DNA of 64,000 bases from Porphyridium purpureum. Taxonomy: Eukaryota. Location: the NCBI GenBank assembly GCA_008690995.1, contig VRMN01000002.1:310001-374000 (forward strand), in the 5' to 3' direction. Positions 29,708-40,414 of the stretch are shown here, in pieces. How positions within the stretch are numbered: the stretch's first letter is position 1; each line of letters opens with the position of its first letter. The position numbers were made by a program, and so were the translations under genes. The notes under the pieces are model-generated. The model was not told the origin of the DNA. It was given only the letters and a program-made list of their open reading frames with translations, and made no database searches.

Positions 29708-32700
29708 ATGGATAGTAGGAACCTGGCTGTGGCGAGGATCCGTGAGTGGCGCGCGCGATGTCAAGATGAGGCAGAGGTGGTGGCATCGTTGGTCGTGAGC
29801 GAGTGGGGAGTTGTGGCGCTTGCTGTGCGTGTGCGTCCGGAGCGGCAACGCGAGCCGTCGCCGCCGTCGTCGACGTCGCCGCGACAGCTTGTGCAGCTGC
29901 TGGTGGTGCGCACGGGTGAGGAGGATACAGCCATGTATGGGTCTGAGGCTAGTGGCGCGCAGTCTCAGCACGTCTTGGCCGAGCTGAGCGCCGATATGTT
30001 TGAGGATCAAGAGCAAGACGACATGGACGATGCACCACAGGGCCGCGCCGCACTGCAGGTGGCAGGACTTTGTGCGATTGTGGACCGCGAAGTGTTCGTG
30101 GTCGTGTTTACCCAGGGCTACATCGTGGAAGTGGCTCTCAACTCGGGCGCCGTGGAGCAGGTCGGCTTCATGCACGAGGCCGTGCTCAGCGTCTCGCAGA
30201 GTCCTGATGGCGACGTCCTTAGTCTCGTCACCGAGTGCGCCACAGAGCACGAGACCCAGCAGAGAAAAGTAACACTTATGACTGCCGACTGGGAGCCCAT
30301 GGCAGAATGCCGCGTCGATCTGTCGGTGGAGCTGCAGACCGCAAATGGCTACTGGGATGCTCGCGCTTGGTGGAATCCACAGCAGAGCTGGCGCGGCGAC
30401 GGGAATTTTGTGGTCATCACATTCACGTCCAGCCACGCCGTTGTATTTTCTCGTGAGGGTGAAATTCATGCCACTCTTAATTATGCGGACGCCGCGGACG
30501 CGCCGCTCGCGCCTCGCGGACAGGCGTGCTCCTGGCAGCCACGCACGGGCGGAGTGATTGCGCTCGCTGCTTTGCACGACACCGCTCCCATACGATTCTT
30601 TGAGAGAAATGGCTTGCGACATCATCGCAATGATTTCGATCTCGCCACGGCGTCCGGGTTGCCGAATGTGCATGGCCGTGATGTATTGTGCCTCCAATTC
30701 AGCCCAGACAGTGAACTCCTTGCGGTGTGCGTCACCACAAAAGTCGAGTCGGTCGCAAAATCTGCAAATGATGAACCGAATGAAGGGACAAGGTCACAAA
30801 TACTCATCTACCACCGCGGAAATTATCACTGGTACCTCAAGCATGTTATTCGTGCTTCAGGGACTGAGGTTGAAAATTGCACTTTCTCGTGGATGCAGTG
30901 GGACGACGCTGTACACATGCGCCTGTGGCTGGGCAGCAAAAATGCTGCGCTGGCTTCTGTGGACCTGCGCTGGCTCCCTGGGTGCCTTGGCAGCGTGTCG
31001 GATCCTGTTGAGCATCATTTATTCATGTTGGACGGCACACGTGCTCTAGTTTCGCCCTTGAAGAAGGCCATGCCGCCACCGCCCATGTGTATGCTGGAAC
31101 TGAATCTGCGTGAGTGTACGTCCCAAGTCGTGGTTCCTTGGCCATCGTGTCTGCAAAGTGCTGGTGTCTTGATTTATTTGGTGGACGGAACGATCGCGCG
31201 CAGTAGGCGAGGCTCTGAAATATCGTACTATGATTCAGTGCGCTCGACTGCAGTGACAGACACAGCGCAACCTCCCGATTCTGCTTTATCTGCACGACCA
31301 AACATGGTGGTTTCGAATCGCGCCTTGTTTTGCTTCGCTGCTGATGCAGATCACTCGAGCGTGGTTATCGTCGAGCAGGCGCTCGGCACATCAGCGGCAT
31401 GCACAGTTGGTGTCTTTACACTTGATGACCAGTCTTTTCGAGTTCAACGGCAGCGTACGATTGATTTAGGCGGCGCATTCGTCGAGTTTGCCACGCGCAG
31501 TGCAGCAGAGCCCCATGTACTGTTCGTTATTACTCTTGATCAGCAAGCAGAAGGGAGCAGCACCAGAGCAAAGCGCAATCTTACTCGTGTAGATTTCGCC
31601 CAATGCAGCGTGACAAATCTTGGCGATCTGCCTGAGCTCAGCGTTGATGTGCCGGTTAACCAATTTGAGTCATTCAAGGCTCGGCATGAGCACAATGCGT
31701 CTGTATCTGAGCATCTGCACCTTGCCGTCCTCTTGAAAAGTGGAGCGCTGATTCTGCTGGACGTGACCGCCACTCTAGCCGCTCGCGATAGATTGCAGTC
31801 GATCAACGGAGACGCAGGAGTAGTCAGGCGTGTGCAGGCAGCTCAGCTTAGTGCCGAATGCACATCTTTTGCGATCTCTGATGCCTTTTTGGTGTTTACA
31901 ACACGTTCTCACACCATTTCGACGCTCGCACTCCACCCGTTCCAGCATGTTTCAACGTTGATTACGGACAGACCAGACGCGTCGAGCGAGGACTTGTTAA
32001 CATCTCCACTCGTGCTCAAGCCTCACGAGACGTGCTCGAGTATAGCAGATGTGTTCCAGAAGGAATCGCAGACCTTTTCATTGAACTGTGCTGCTCGCCC
32101 AATTGATCGCGGCTCAATGCTTGTGTCGGCGTTCGCGGATGACGTTCGCGTGGTTCTGATCGCTCCACGAGGAAATTTTGAATGCATCTGTCCTCGGCCG
32201 ATTGCTGTGGCACGTCTTTTGCACAAAGTGCGTGTGGAGCGAGACTTTTCGGCTGCATTTTCGCTCTGCCGAGCGCAACGCCTGGACGCAGAATTACTCG
32301 TGCGCGCTGCATCGTACTTTGGAGGCGAAGCACTCGCGGAGAAATTCATTGGTCAGATCGGTGATGATCAGAAGCTGAGTGTTTTCGTAAGCCTTTATGC
32401 CGACGCCGCAAGCACAAGTAGTGAGTCAAAGGTCGCGAATATTGTCTTGAACCGAATTCATCACGCTTGCGAGGTGCTTGGGTCTCAATTTCTATACACG
32501 TCGCTGACAGCCCTTACATTACAAACACCGCCGCAGTACGCGGCGGCTCTCAAACGCGTGTTGCAGATGGACTCGAGGAAAAATATCGAGGCCGCCGTGG
32601 ACTACATCATTGTGTTGGCCAGCAGCGATGCCGAGCTGGTTTACACCGAGGCACTGGGCACCTATGATCTTCGCATTGCGGCAATGGTTGCTGCGCGTTC

Positions 32701-34102
32701 GCAGTTGGATCCGAAAGAGTTCGGTGAGCAACTCAAGTGGCTTCACCAGCTGCCGGAACATCGACGCAAGTTTGAGATTGACTGCATTTGTAAACGCTAC
32801 GCGTCGGCTCTCGAGCATCTGGTGCAGGACGAGGCGACTGCCCAAAATCGTGAGTCCTGCGTGGCCTTTGCAGTGCGCCACCATCTGTATAGCCAAGCCA
32901 TGCGCCTTTTCGCGAAGAGTGACAGCGATACAGACAAGTACAGCCTGTATTGCGTGAGGGAGGCTTATGCGGCCTACCTCCTGGATCATGACGGGCAGCC
33001 GTTTGCCGCCGGGAGCATGTACCTCGTGAACGGACAGCTACATGAAGCCGCGCGCGCGTTTCGTGATGGCTGCGACTTTGAAATGGCGCTAGACGTGGCT
33101 CGACGTGTTCCTAGTTTGATGGATGCATCTCCAACGCATCGCGATTTCGTAACTTCGGTTGCAGACACACTGTTGGAACATGGCCGGATTGCCGACTGTG
33201 CGAATGTGCGCGTGACGCATTTAAAGGACGGCTGGGGTGCACTCGAGCTCGTGTTGGAGCACGAGCTTTGGCTAGACGCAGTGCGAATCATCGCTGAGCT
33301 AGGAAGTGATGAAACGTTCGGCAAGACCGCTCGCGAGCGCCTTGAATCGTGTGTACATGCGGCACACGATAAGTGGATGGACCTTCTCCGCAGCAATTTG
33401 TCCAAGACTCAAGAGCGTCACGAAAGGCTTCTTCACGTGCGACGCATGCAAGCTGACCTAAGGGAGCGCCTCGCGCGTGAGGCAGAATTGCAGACGGAAG
33501 GTGGCAATGACGCGAGCTCAGATGTTTTCAGCGACACGACCGCGAACAGTTCAATCGCGTCGAACTTTACGTTCGCGTCGCAGAGCACTGCGGCCAGCCT
33601 AGGTGGTGGGTCGACGATAGCAATGATGAGCGAGGGGGAAAGCTCAGCTTCCGATTCTGCGGCAAGCAAGGCAGCCAAGGTGCATCTTGGCCGTGAGAAT
33701 GGCAGCAGCACGTCCAAGAAGGCCACTTACAAGGCGAAGAAAAAGCGTATTAAGCCCGGACACCCGCAAGAGGAGACCTACCTCGCGCAGTACCTGCAGA
33801 ACTTTATTCCCTCTGCGGGCATGGCGCTCAGTGTCGGTGCACTCATCAATGTGTGCCTGTATCTCGGCGACATCCGCCGGGCGTCTGCGGTCTACTCACT
33901 GTTCACCACATTCTGTGAAGGCATCTGCGCGCTTCCTGACGATGTGGTGGAAGGCAGCCGGGCGACGCGCCCTTCAGGTGAGCAGTCCCGCACAGGTACG
34001 GCTCCGCGCGGCTCCAGTGAAACCCGGCTGAGTGGAATTCTTCTTACGGCATATCCGAACGGGGTACCCAAGCTGTGCGTTCCGTTGCTCGATGCTTTGT
34101 AA
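29708..34102 (+). CDS. ELP1: Elongator complex subunit 1 (IKI3/IKAP)
   Basis: Motifs SWRGDG, FFERNGLRH, NYHWYLK, PRGNFECICPR, ALGTYDL and SQLDPKEF; C-terminal basic KKKRIKPG. Start uncertain. Confidence 0.92.
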   Translation: MDSRNLAVARIREWRARCQDEAEVVASLVVSEWGVVALAVRVRPERQREPSPPSSTSPRQLVQLLVVRTGEEDTAMYGSEASGAQSQHVLAELSADMFEDQEQDDMDDAPQGRAALQVAGLCAIVDREVFVVVFTQGYIVEVALNSGAVEQVGFMHEAVLSVSQSPDGDVLSLVTECATEHETQQRKVTLMTADWEPMAECRVDLSVELQTANGYWDARAWWNPQQSWRGDGNFVVITFTSSHAVVFSREGEIHATLNYADAADAPLAPRGQACSWQPRTGGVIALAALHDTAPIRFFERNGLRHHRNDFDLATASGLPNVHGRDVLCLQFSPDSELLAVCVTTKVESVAKSANDEPNEGTRSQILIYHRGNYHWYLKHVIRASGTEVENCTFSWMQWDDAVHMRLWLGSKNAALASVDLRWLPGCLGSVSDPVEHHLFMLDGTRALVSPLKKAMPPPPMCMLELNLRECTSQVVVPWPSCLQSAGVLIYLVDGTIARSRRGSEISYYDSVRSTAVTDTAQPPDSALSARPNMVVSNRALFCFAADADHSSVVIVEQALGTSAACTVGVFTLDDQSFRVQRQRTIDLGGAFVEFATRSAAEPHVLFVITLDQQAEGSSTRAKRNLTRVDFAQCSVTNLGDLPELSVDVPVNQFESFKARHEHNASVSEHLHLAVLLKSGALILLDVTATLAARDRLQSINGDAGVVRRVQAAQLSAECTSFAISDAFLVFTTRSHTISTLALHPFQHVSTLITDRPDASSEDLLTSPLVLKPHETCSSIADVFQKESQTFSLNCAARPIDRGSMLVSAFADDVRVVLIAPRGNFECICPRPIAVARLLHKVRVERDFSAAFSLCRAQRLDAELLVRAASYFGGEALAEKFIGQIGDDQKLSVFVSLYADAASTSSESKVANIVLNRIHHACEVLGSQFLYTSLTALTLQTPPQYAAALKRVLQMDSRKNIEAAVDYIIVLASSDAELVYTEALGTYDLRIAAMVAARSQLDPKEFGEQLKWLHQLPEHRRKFEIDCICKRYASALEHLVQDEATAQNRESCVAFAVRHHLYSQAMRLFAKSDSDTDKYSLYCVREAYAAYLLDHDGQPFAAGSMYLVNGQLHEAARAFRDGCDFEMALDVARRVPSLMDASPTHRDFVTSVADTLLEHGRIADCANVRVTHLKDGWGALELVLEHELWLDAVRIIAELGSDETFGKTARERLESCVHAAHDKWMDLLRSNLSKTQERHERLLHVRRMQADLRERLAREAELQTEGGNDASSDVFSDTTANSSIASNFTFASQSTAASLGGGSTIAMMSEGESSASDSAASKAAKVHLGRENGSSTSKKATYKAKKKRIKPGHPQEETYLAQYLQNFIPSAGMALSVGALINVCLYLGDIRRASAVYSLFTTFCEGICALPDDVVEGSRATRPSGEQSRTGTAPRGSSETRLSGILLTAYPNGVPKLCVPLLDAL

Positions 34103-34222
34103 ACAGTCTGCACAGACGCACACACACAGGGAGAGAATAAACATTTCAGCAACACGCCCACGAACGTGCAAGTGAGCGCATCGGCAAGAGACCGGAGCGT
34201 CGTCCAGGTGTCAGGGCGGATC

Positions 34223-36421
34223 ATGGAGCCGCAGACTGCGGGGATGGTGCCCCAAGGAGAGGCGAGGGCAGTGGCGAGTACCGAGTCTGGGTGGGCGGTG
34301 GTAAAAGCGCGCGAGGTCATGCAGAGCATGGCCCTGGTGGACTCGCCGGGCGTCCTGACGGCGCTGCAGGAGATTCAGCAGTTCGTCAACGTCAACTCGC
34401 GCGAGGCACGGCTTTCGCTCAAGTCGGAATTGGAGCGTCGCGCAATCCACTGCAGCGCCGACATGATGCTGTCATTTTTCTCCACGCAGCAGACGCTGCA
34501 GCGACTCCACGCAGAGATCGGCAACATGCAGCAGGAAATCGACCAAATCAGTTCCCGGCTGAGCGACGCGCGGCTGGGCGCATCCATGGTAGTCAAGCAG
34601 ACAATGGAGATTAAGGACAAGCTGCACGAGTCGCGACTTCAGGCGAGTGTGGCCGAACGCTTTAGCGCCGCATTTTTGCTCAATGACGAAGAGGAGCGGG
34701 CGCTCGAGGGTGTTGTGACGCCCGCGTTTCTCAACGCGCTGCGACGGCTGGAGGAAATCCATGAAAATGCCCGCATTCTCTTGAGAAATCACAACCAGCG
34801 CACAGGGCTTGAAATTCTGGAGATGGCTGCCGCCAAGCGCGAGGATGCCTACGAAAAACTTTACCGCTTTGTGCACGCGCAATGTGGACCGGTGGACGTC
34901 GACAACAACGATAACGACGAAGAGGCATCTCACTTGCTTAGGGAATCGATTCGGCTCCTACGAGCCAGACCCGTGCTGCTCAAATACTGCGCGGACGAGG
35001 TGGGCGCGGCGCGTCGTGCCATTCTGGTCGAGCGCTTTGTTGCGGCGCTCACGAAGGGCGGACCGGGCGGGATACCCAAACCGATCGAGTTGCAAGCTCA
35101 CGATATTCTGCGTTACACGAACGATATGCTCGCATGGGTTCACCAGGCTTTGGCGTCCGAGCGCGAGCTCATGCGCAGGTTGTTCGGCAGCGACCATGAA
35201 GATTTCGATCATTCGTCACGGTCCATTGCCACAGCGGCAGAAAGCAACCGCGGCGGCGAAGACGGTGCAGATGAGGGCGAGCGCACGCAGACATTCTCAA
35301 AAAGCTTAGAGGAAAAGGATGGCACCGTGCCGTCTCCGTCCGACGACCTGCAGCCAGCCGGAACCACGGATGGGCAAGATGAAAGGTCGGGTCCGCTCAC
35401 GCTCCAAAATTCAGACTCTGAGATGCTAAAGGGCTCCAACTTGGCAATGCGGGTCCTCAACACGACCTTTGATGCGCTGTGCCGACCGTTCCGAGTGCGG
35501 TACGAACAGGCGCTCGAGCCGCTGCCCCCCGTTGTGACGCTGTACAAGCTTGCCAGCCTGTTGGAGTTTTACGCAAATATGATGCGCTCGCTTTTGGGCG
35601 AGAACGCAGCCTTCCCGGATATGCTGCTCGAGTGTAACACGGTGGCTATGTACGCATTTTTCTCTACCTGGAAAAGCAAGATGGACGAGTTTCGGAACTC
35701 GGGCGTGCGGGTAGCGGACGACCTGTCGCCGCCCATGGCGGTACTTCAGTCGATGTCGCGGCTTGCGGAGATCATGAACACGCTGGAGTCGAGCCTTGCG
35801 CCCGCGGAAGAGCGAGAGTCGCAGATTCATGCGGTGGTGGAGGTGATTCTGATCCCGCTCGAAATGATGTGTCAACAAATGAGCAAGAAGTCATTGCCAC
35901 CCATTGAGCAGAACATTTTCCTGGCGAACTGCCTGGATGCGCTTCGCCAGCCGCTGCAGCCACACGCATTTGCCGCAGCGCGCGTGGAAAAGCTCATTGA
36001 GCAGGCGGACGAGTACATCGATGCGTACACGCAGCTCGCGACCGCGGCGATCCTGCGGCGCTGCGGGCTGGTGGACCGTCTGCGGCAGCTGAGCTCGCGC
36101 GCCGAGGACGTTCCGCTGGCGTGCGTGCCCGGCATGGACCTCGAGTCGCTGTCGATCTCGATGAAGAACTTTTACTCGCTGGTGTTTGGCGGGGGCGCGG
36201 TGGGGCTGATGGCGCTGGCGCCGCCCAAGGTGAACCTGGTGCAGAACGTGCGCATGCGGAACCGCGCCAAAGTGAGCGTGGCGGAGCTACTCTCCGAGGC
36301 GCACGCCGCGCTGTACAACGCCGTCATCGACCCGAAGAACGAGTATGGCCCCGACGCAGCGGCAGCCGTCGGTCTGCGCACTCCAGACATGGTCAGCCTC
36401 GTCCTCCAAGGCCAGGTCTAA
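34223..36421 (+). CDS. COG6: Conserved oligomeric Golgi complex subunit 6
   Basis: Motifs FVAALTKGGPGGIPKPIELQAHDILRYTNDMLAWVHQA and RPFRVRYEQ. Confidence 0.92.
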   Translation: MEPQTAGMVPQGEARAVASTESGWAVVKAREVMQSMALVDSPGVLTALQEIQQFVNVNSREARLSLKSELERRAIHCSADMMLSFFSTQQTLQRLHAEIGNMQQEIDQISSRLSDARLGASMVVKQTMEIKDKLHESRLQASVAERFSAAFLLNDEEERALEGVVTPAFLNALRRLEEIHENARILLRNHNQRTGLEILEMAAAKREDAYEKLYRFVHAQCGPVDVDNNDNDEEASHLLRESIRLLRARPVLLKYCADEVGAARRAILVERFVAALTKGGPGGIPKPIELQAHDILRYTNDMLAWVHQALASERELMRRLFGSDHEDFDHSSRSIATAAESNRGGEDGADEGERTQTFSKSLEEKDGTVPSPSDDLQPAGTTDGQDERSGPLTLQNSDSEMLKGSNLAMRVLNTTFDALCRPFRVRYEQALEPLPPVVTLYKLASLLEFYANMMRSLLGENAAFPDMLLECNTVAMYAFFSTWKSKMDEFRNSGVRVADDLSPPMAVLQSMSRLAEIMNTLESSLAPAEERESQIHAVVEVILIPLEMMCQQMSKKSLPPIEQNIFLANCLDALRQPLQPHAFAAARVEKLIEQADEYIDAYTQLATAAILRRCGLVDRLRQLSSRAEDVPLACVPGMDLESLSISMKNFYSLVFGGGAVGLMALAPPKVNLVQNVRMRNRAKVSVAELLSEAHAALYNAVIDPKNEYGPDAAAAVGLRTPDMVSLVLQGQV

Positions 36422-36629
36422 ACCCAACCTCGCGCGCATCACTGTACCCACACTGTACCGACTGAACACGCGCCTCGCCCGGATTTACTAGGAAGCGCGC
36501 CCAGTTTGATATGAAGCCGCGCGCTCGTGGCGCAGGGGGGCAGCGGAGTGGTCGTGGGGAAGACGCGGAAGAGTCGGAAAGGGAAAGCGCGTGTGGGAGA
36601 TCGGAGCGCGTGCGCGGCGAGCAGAGCAG

Positions 36630-37175
36630 ATGAATTTGATCGCGAGGGCCATGTCCGCCGCCGAGGGCGCGCCGGGTGCCGGGCTGCTGGCCGCGGTCGC
36701 GGAGCCGGCGCGCACTATCGCGCTCGTCGGCGGCGCGTTCGGGCTGGCGTTTGTGTTCCCGCGCGTCGTGCCCACCGGCCCAAACCCGGCCACCGACGAC
36801 TGGTACAGGGCGTTGAAGAAGCCCGTCTGGCAGCCGCCCAGCTGGGTGTTCCCGGCCGTGTGGATCCCGCTCAAGATCTTGCAGACCGCCGCGCTCACGC
36901 TCGTCTGGAAGTTTACCGAGAAACCGCTCGTGCCGACGCTGTGCTATATTGTGCATGTTGGGTTGGGCTCGCTGTGGAATTACGTCTTTTTCGGCAGAAG
37001 GAACATGAAGGCGAGCATCGGCGTGATGGCCACCTTCTGGGTCAGCCTGATTGTGACAGCCGTCAGCTACGGCCTGGCGGGCGCCGACGTCGCAGCCTAC
37101 CTCTTGATTCCTACAGGCATCTGGGTGACTATTGCCGGCGCCCTCAATACTCACACGTACATTTTGAACAAATAA
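36630..37175 (+). CDS. TSPO: TspO/MBR translocator protein
   Basis: WYRALKKPVWQPPSWVFPAVW and LWNYVFFG; about five hydrophobic helices. Confidence 0.88.
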   Translation: MNLIARAMSAAEGAPGAGLLAAVAEPARTIALVGGAFGLAFVFPRVVPTGPNPATDDWYRALKKPVWQPPSWVFPAVWIPLKILQTAALTLVWKFTEKPLVPTLCYIVHVGLGSLWNYVFFGRRNMKASIGVMATFWVSLIVTAVSYGLAGADVAAYLLIPTGIWVTIAGALNTHTYILNK

Positions 37176-37366
37176 GAAAGTCGTAAAGTAAGACCGAAGA
37201 AGAAGAAGAACCACGACGAAAGCACCACCATTTTGACACGGGCCTGCAGTCCCAGCTCATCGAGTTGCACGTGCAGGAGCCTCGCTCGGCTCAGGAGGTT
37301 TGGCCATCCACGTACGTGACGTAAGCTTTACATGGAATTCTTTACGCGCAACGTCGCTCGCTCCAG

Positions 37367-38680
37367 CTACAAGGCCGCAGGGGTTCCCAAACTGCCCTTG
37401 AGCTTGGGCCCCAGAGGGTTCGGCGCGCTTGCGCTGTCGAGCGGCATAATGTTGCATTGCGCAATGTGCATCATGACGTGGTCGGCAAGCACAAGCGCGA
37501 CCATGCTCTCTACCATGGGCACGGCGCGCGGCAGCACGCACGGATCGTGGCGGCCCTTGCCGCGCAGTTCGCTCTCGTGGCCTTCGCGCGTGACTGTCTT
37601 TTGGAGCTTGCCAATCGTGCTCGTGGGCTTGAATGCCACGCGCAAAATAATATTTTCTCCGTTTGAGATGCCGCCCTGGATGCCTCCACTGCGGTTCGAC
37701 ACGGTACGCGTGCGCCCGTCATCGTCAATGTAGAAGGGATCGTTGTGCTCCAGCCCAGTCAAAAAGGTACCGGCGAAGCCCGAGCCGACTTCAAAGCCCT
37801 TCGAAGCCGGCAGCGACATGCACGCCTTGGCCAGGTCGGCCTCGAGCTTATCAAACACGGGGCTGCCGAGACCCGCGGGGACGTTGCGAACCACCACCTC
37901 GACCACACCTCCGATCGAGTTGCCGGTTTTGCGAATTTCGTCTACTTTGGCAATCATGCGCTCTGCGCTCGCGGCATCTGGTGCGCGCACAATGTTGCTC
38001 TCCACATCGCTTTGCGTGACCTTGTCGTGGTCGACCGGAGAAGCTTCCACGTCGCCAACGCGCTGAACGTAGCCCACAATCTCCACTCCGCTGTACTCAG
38101 AGAGTAGTCGCCGAGCAATCGCTCCACCCGCCACTCGCCCAATGGTCTCTCGGGCAGAAGAGCGCCCTCCGCCAGCCACGGAGCGAATGCCGTACTTTGC
38201 GTCGTAGGTGGCATCGGCGTGCGACGGGCGATAGCTGACGGCGTTTGTGTCGTAGTCCTGTGATCGCTGGTCCTTATTTCTGACCAAAATAGCAATCGGC
38301 GTGCCCATGGTCACGTCATCGACGACGCCCGACAGAATCTCCGCGGCGTCAGGCTCATTTCGTGGCGTGACAATACGCGACTGTCCCGGGCGGCGACGGT
38401 CCAGCTCCATCTGAATATCTTCGCGCGTCAACTTCATACGCGGCGGCACGCCGTCCACGGTCACGCCCACGCCCGAGCCGTGAGACTCCCCCCACGTCGA
38501 AATCCTGAACAGCCTGCCAAACGAGTTGCCCATGCCCATCACAACCTGTGCGCGGCGCGTGTGCGCGCGCGCGCCCGCACTTCGCGCAAGTACCGCGGCA
38601 TCAGCGCTTCGCCACGCGCATATCTCCCGAGCTTGCTCACGGCCACTGAACGCGCCTCCCGACAAGCCCACAAACGCCAT
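37367..38680 (-). CDS. aroC: Chorismate synthase, plastid-targeted
   Basis: Motifs [40 protein letters not shown] and [15 protein letters not shown] transit peptide. Confidence 0.97.
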   Translation of the reverse strand: MAFVGLSGGAFSGREQAREICAWRSADAAVLARSAGARAHTRRAQVVMGMGNSFGRLFRISTWGESHGSGVGVTVDGVPPRMKLTREDIQMELDRRRPGQSRIVTPRNEPDAAEILSGVVDDVTMGTPIAILVRNKDQRSQDYDTNAVSYRPSHADATYDAKYGIRSVAGGGRSSARETIGRVAGGAIARRLLSEYSGVEIVGYVQRVGDVEASPVDHDKVTQSDVESNIVRAPDAASAERMIAKVDEIRKTGNSIGGVVEVVVRNVPAGLGSPVFDKLEADLAKACMSLPASKGFEVGSGFAGTFLTGLEHNDPFYIDDDGRTRTVSNRSGGIQGGISNGENIILRVAFKPTSTIGKLQKTVTREGHESELRGKGRHDPCVLPRAVPMVESMVALVLADHVMMHIAQCNIMPLDSASAPNPLGPKLKGSLGTPAAL

Positions 38681-38909
38681 GGCTGCCTGTCACGCAAAGC
38701 TCACACCCACATCCACCTTCTCCTCGCCACGCCCCGCGCTTGCGCACGCCCGCCAGAGCCTCCCGCCAACAGAACACAGAGGTACAGTTGTCACCCATCG
38801 CTACCCTACCCTACTGTAAGCAAATCTCCGTTTAAGAAACATGCGGTACAGCAGCAGCTGTACACAAAACTGTGGGTACAGTGAAGTACAGTGAAGTGCA
38901 GTGCAGAGA

Positions 38910-40367
38910 TTAGGGTTTCAGTGCGATGCAGTGCATGTAGCCGCCAGAGACGGCGCGGGCGCGGAGAGGAGGGAAGGTGTGTTGGTGTTCGGTGAGGTAT
39001 TGCGTGGTGGCTTGGTGTTCAGGGATGAGCGACGAGTCGCGAACGAGTTCCGGCGTTCGCGCACTGTACCCGAAGCCGATGCCGCGCGCGCCAGACTCGC
39101 CACACCCCCAGCTGTACACCTGGCCCTGAGAGACCGCCGCGGAAAACCGGAAGCCGGCGTGGAAGTGGCTGGTGTCTGGCAGCGACTCGAGATGGATGGG
39201 CTCGCTGTGGCGCACAGATGCGAGCCTGTCTTCGTCGATACCCAGGCAATTGTTCATGTTCGAGCCCCACATAAGTAGCCGGCCACTGGCCGTCACCGCG
39301 CCGTGGTGCGAGCCGCTCGATGAGAACCCACACACCTCAACGCCGTCCAACGCGCGCACTTGCTGCGGTTCGGCGTGGTCGAGTTCATGCCGATCTCCGT
39401 GGAAAAAGTCAATCCCCCGGCCCCACGAAAACGTCTTCCGGTCCGTCGAACTCGACGCGTACGCGCCCCACGGCCCCGCCCAGATACGGTCAATGCGCTT
39501 GTCCTTCAGCGCCACGATGAGGCGCGGCAGCGGCTCGTTGGTTGCCGAGGTCCGGAATACCGTGGCCATCGAGCGAAACATCTGCTTGTGCGGTAGCTCA
39601 TTATGGCCGAGGCGGTCGAGCACACCGAATGAAAACACCTTTCCGGTGGCCGACTCTAATGCGAGGCTGAAATTGTCACCCGCAGCCACCATATCAATGC
39701 GCACTTTGGCGTCGCACAGTGCGTCGATCCTCGTTGGTATCACAACGAGTAGGTCGCGCAGCCCTCGGCTCGCATCTGGAGGTCGGATACCCAGCTGGCC
39801 ATGATGACCCAGTCCGCAGCTATACACCTCGCCGTTCTCAAGCACAAACAGAGAATGCGAGTGGCCTGCCGCCACGGCGACCACGCGCGGTGCGCCACGG
39901 TCAAATGTTACAGGAAGTGGGTGGAAAATACAGTCACCCGCAAAGCCCAGCCCCAATTGGCCGTACGCATTGTCTCCGCACGCGAATACACGTCCCTGAG
40001 AGTCCAGCAGCAGTGTGTGGGATGGCCCACACGAGACCTGATCGTACACAACAGGGAGCGCATCCTCGCCAATGTCGCCGACGCACTTGGGCGTATGGAC
40101 CGTCGAGCTATCGTTTATGAATGGGTTATCGAAAACCTCGTGCGGCCGAAGCAGCAGCTGCGATACTCGGTCAATGAGTCGCGTGCTTCGCGTGCGCACG
40201 TACTCGACTCCCAGCGCACACGCGATGCCCAACCGACCGTCATCATTCGCACCCCAAGCCACTGCGTTTGAGCTCGCCAGACGACGTGCGTGAGCCACGT
40301 GCTTGAAGCTATGGCAGCTCCGCGCCAAGTGCCGCCGCACCAAATCGCCCGCGCCTGCTAACCGCAT
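38910..40367 (-). CDS. RCC1-repeat protein with a mitochondrial-like leader
   Basis: Repeats WGANDDGRLG, CGDNAYGQLG and CGLGHHGQLG; Arg-rich, nearly acid-free N-terminus. Confidence 0.82.
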   Translation of the reverse strand: MRLAGAGDLVRRHLARSCHSFKHVAHARRLASSNAVAWGANDDGRLGIACALGVEYVRTRSTRLIDRVSQLLLRPHEVFDNPFINDSSTVHTPKCVGDIGEDALPVVYDQVSCGPSHTLLLDSQGRVFACGDNAYGQLGLGFAGDCIFHPLPVTFDRGAPRVVAVAAGHSHSLFVLENGEVYSCGLGHHGQLGIRPPDASRGLRDLLVVIPTRIDALCDAKVRIDMVAAGDNFSLALESATGKVFSFGVLDRLGHNELPHKQMFRSMATVFRTSATNEPLPRLIVALKDKRIDRIWAGPWGAYASSSTDRKTFSWGRGIDFFHGDRHELDHAEPQQVRALDGVEVCGFSSSGSHHGAVTASGRLLMWGSNMNNCLGIDEDRLASVRHSEPIHLESLPDTSHFHAGFRFSAAVSQGQVYSWGCGESGARGIGFGYSARTPELVRDSSLIPEHQATTQYLTEHQHTFPPLRARAVSGGYMHCIALKP

Positions 40368-40414
40368 ACTCTTGGCACCACCGAGCTCGACATTCTACGA
40401 CGTGTGCCGCGAAC

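Noticed and set aside
18192..34102. Functional cluster of the Kti13-like RCC1 gene with ELP1
   Set aside because: The Kti13 assignment rests on one motif and five unrelated genes intervene; chance proximity is likely.
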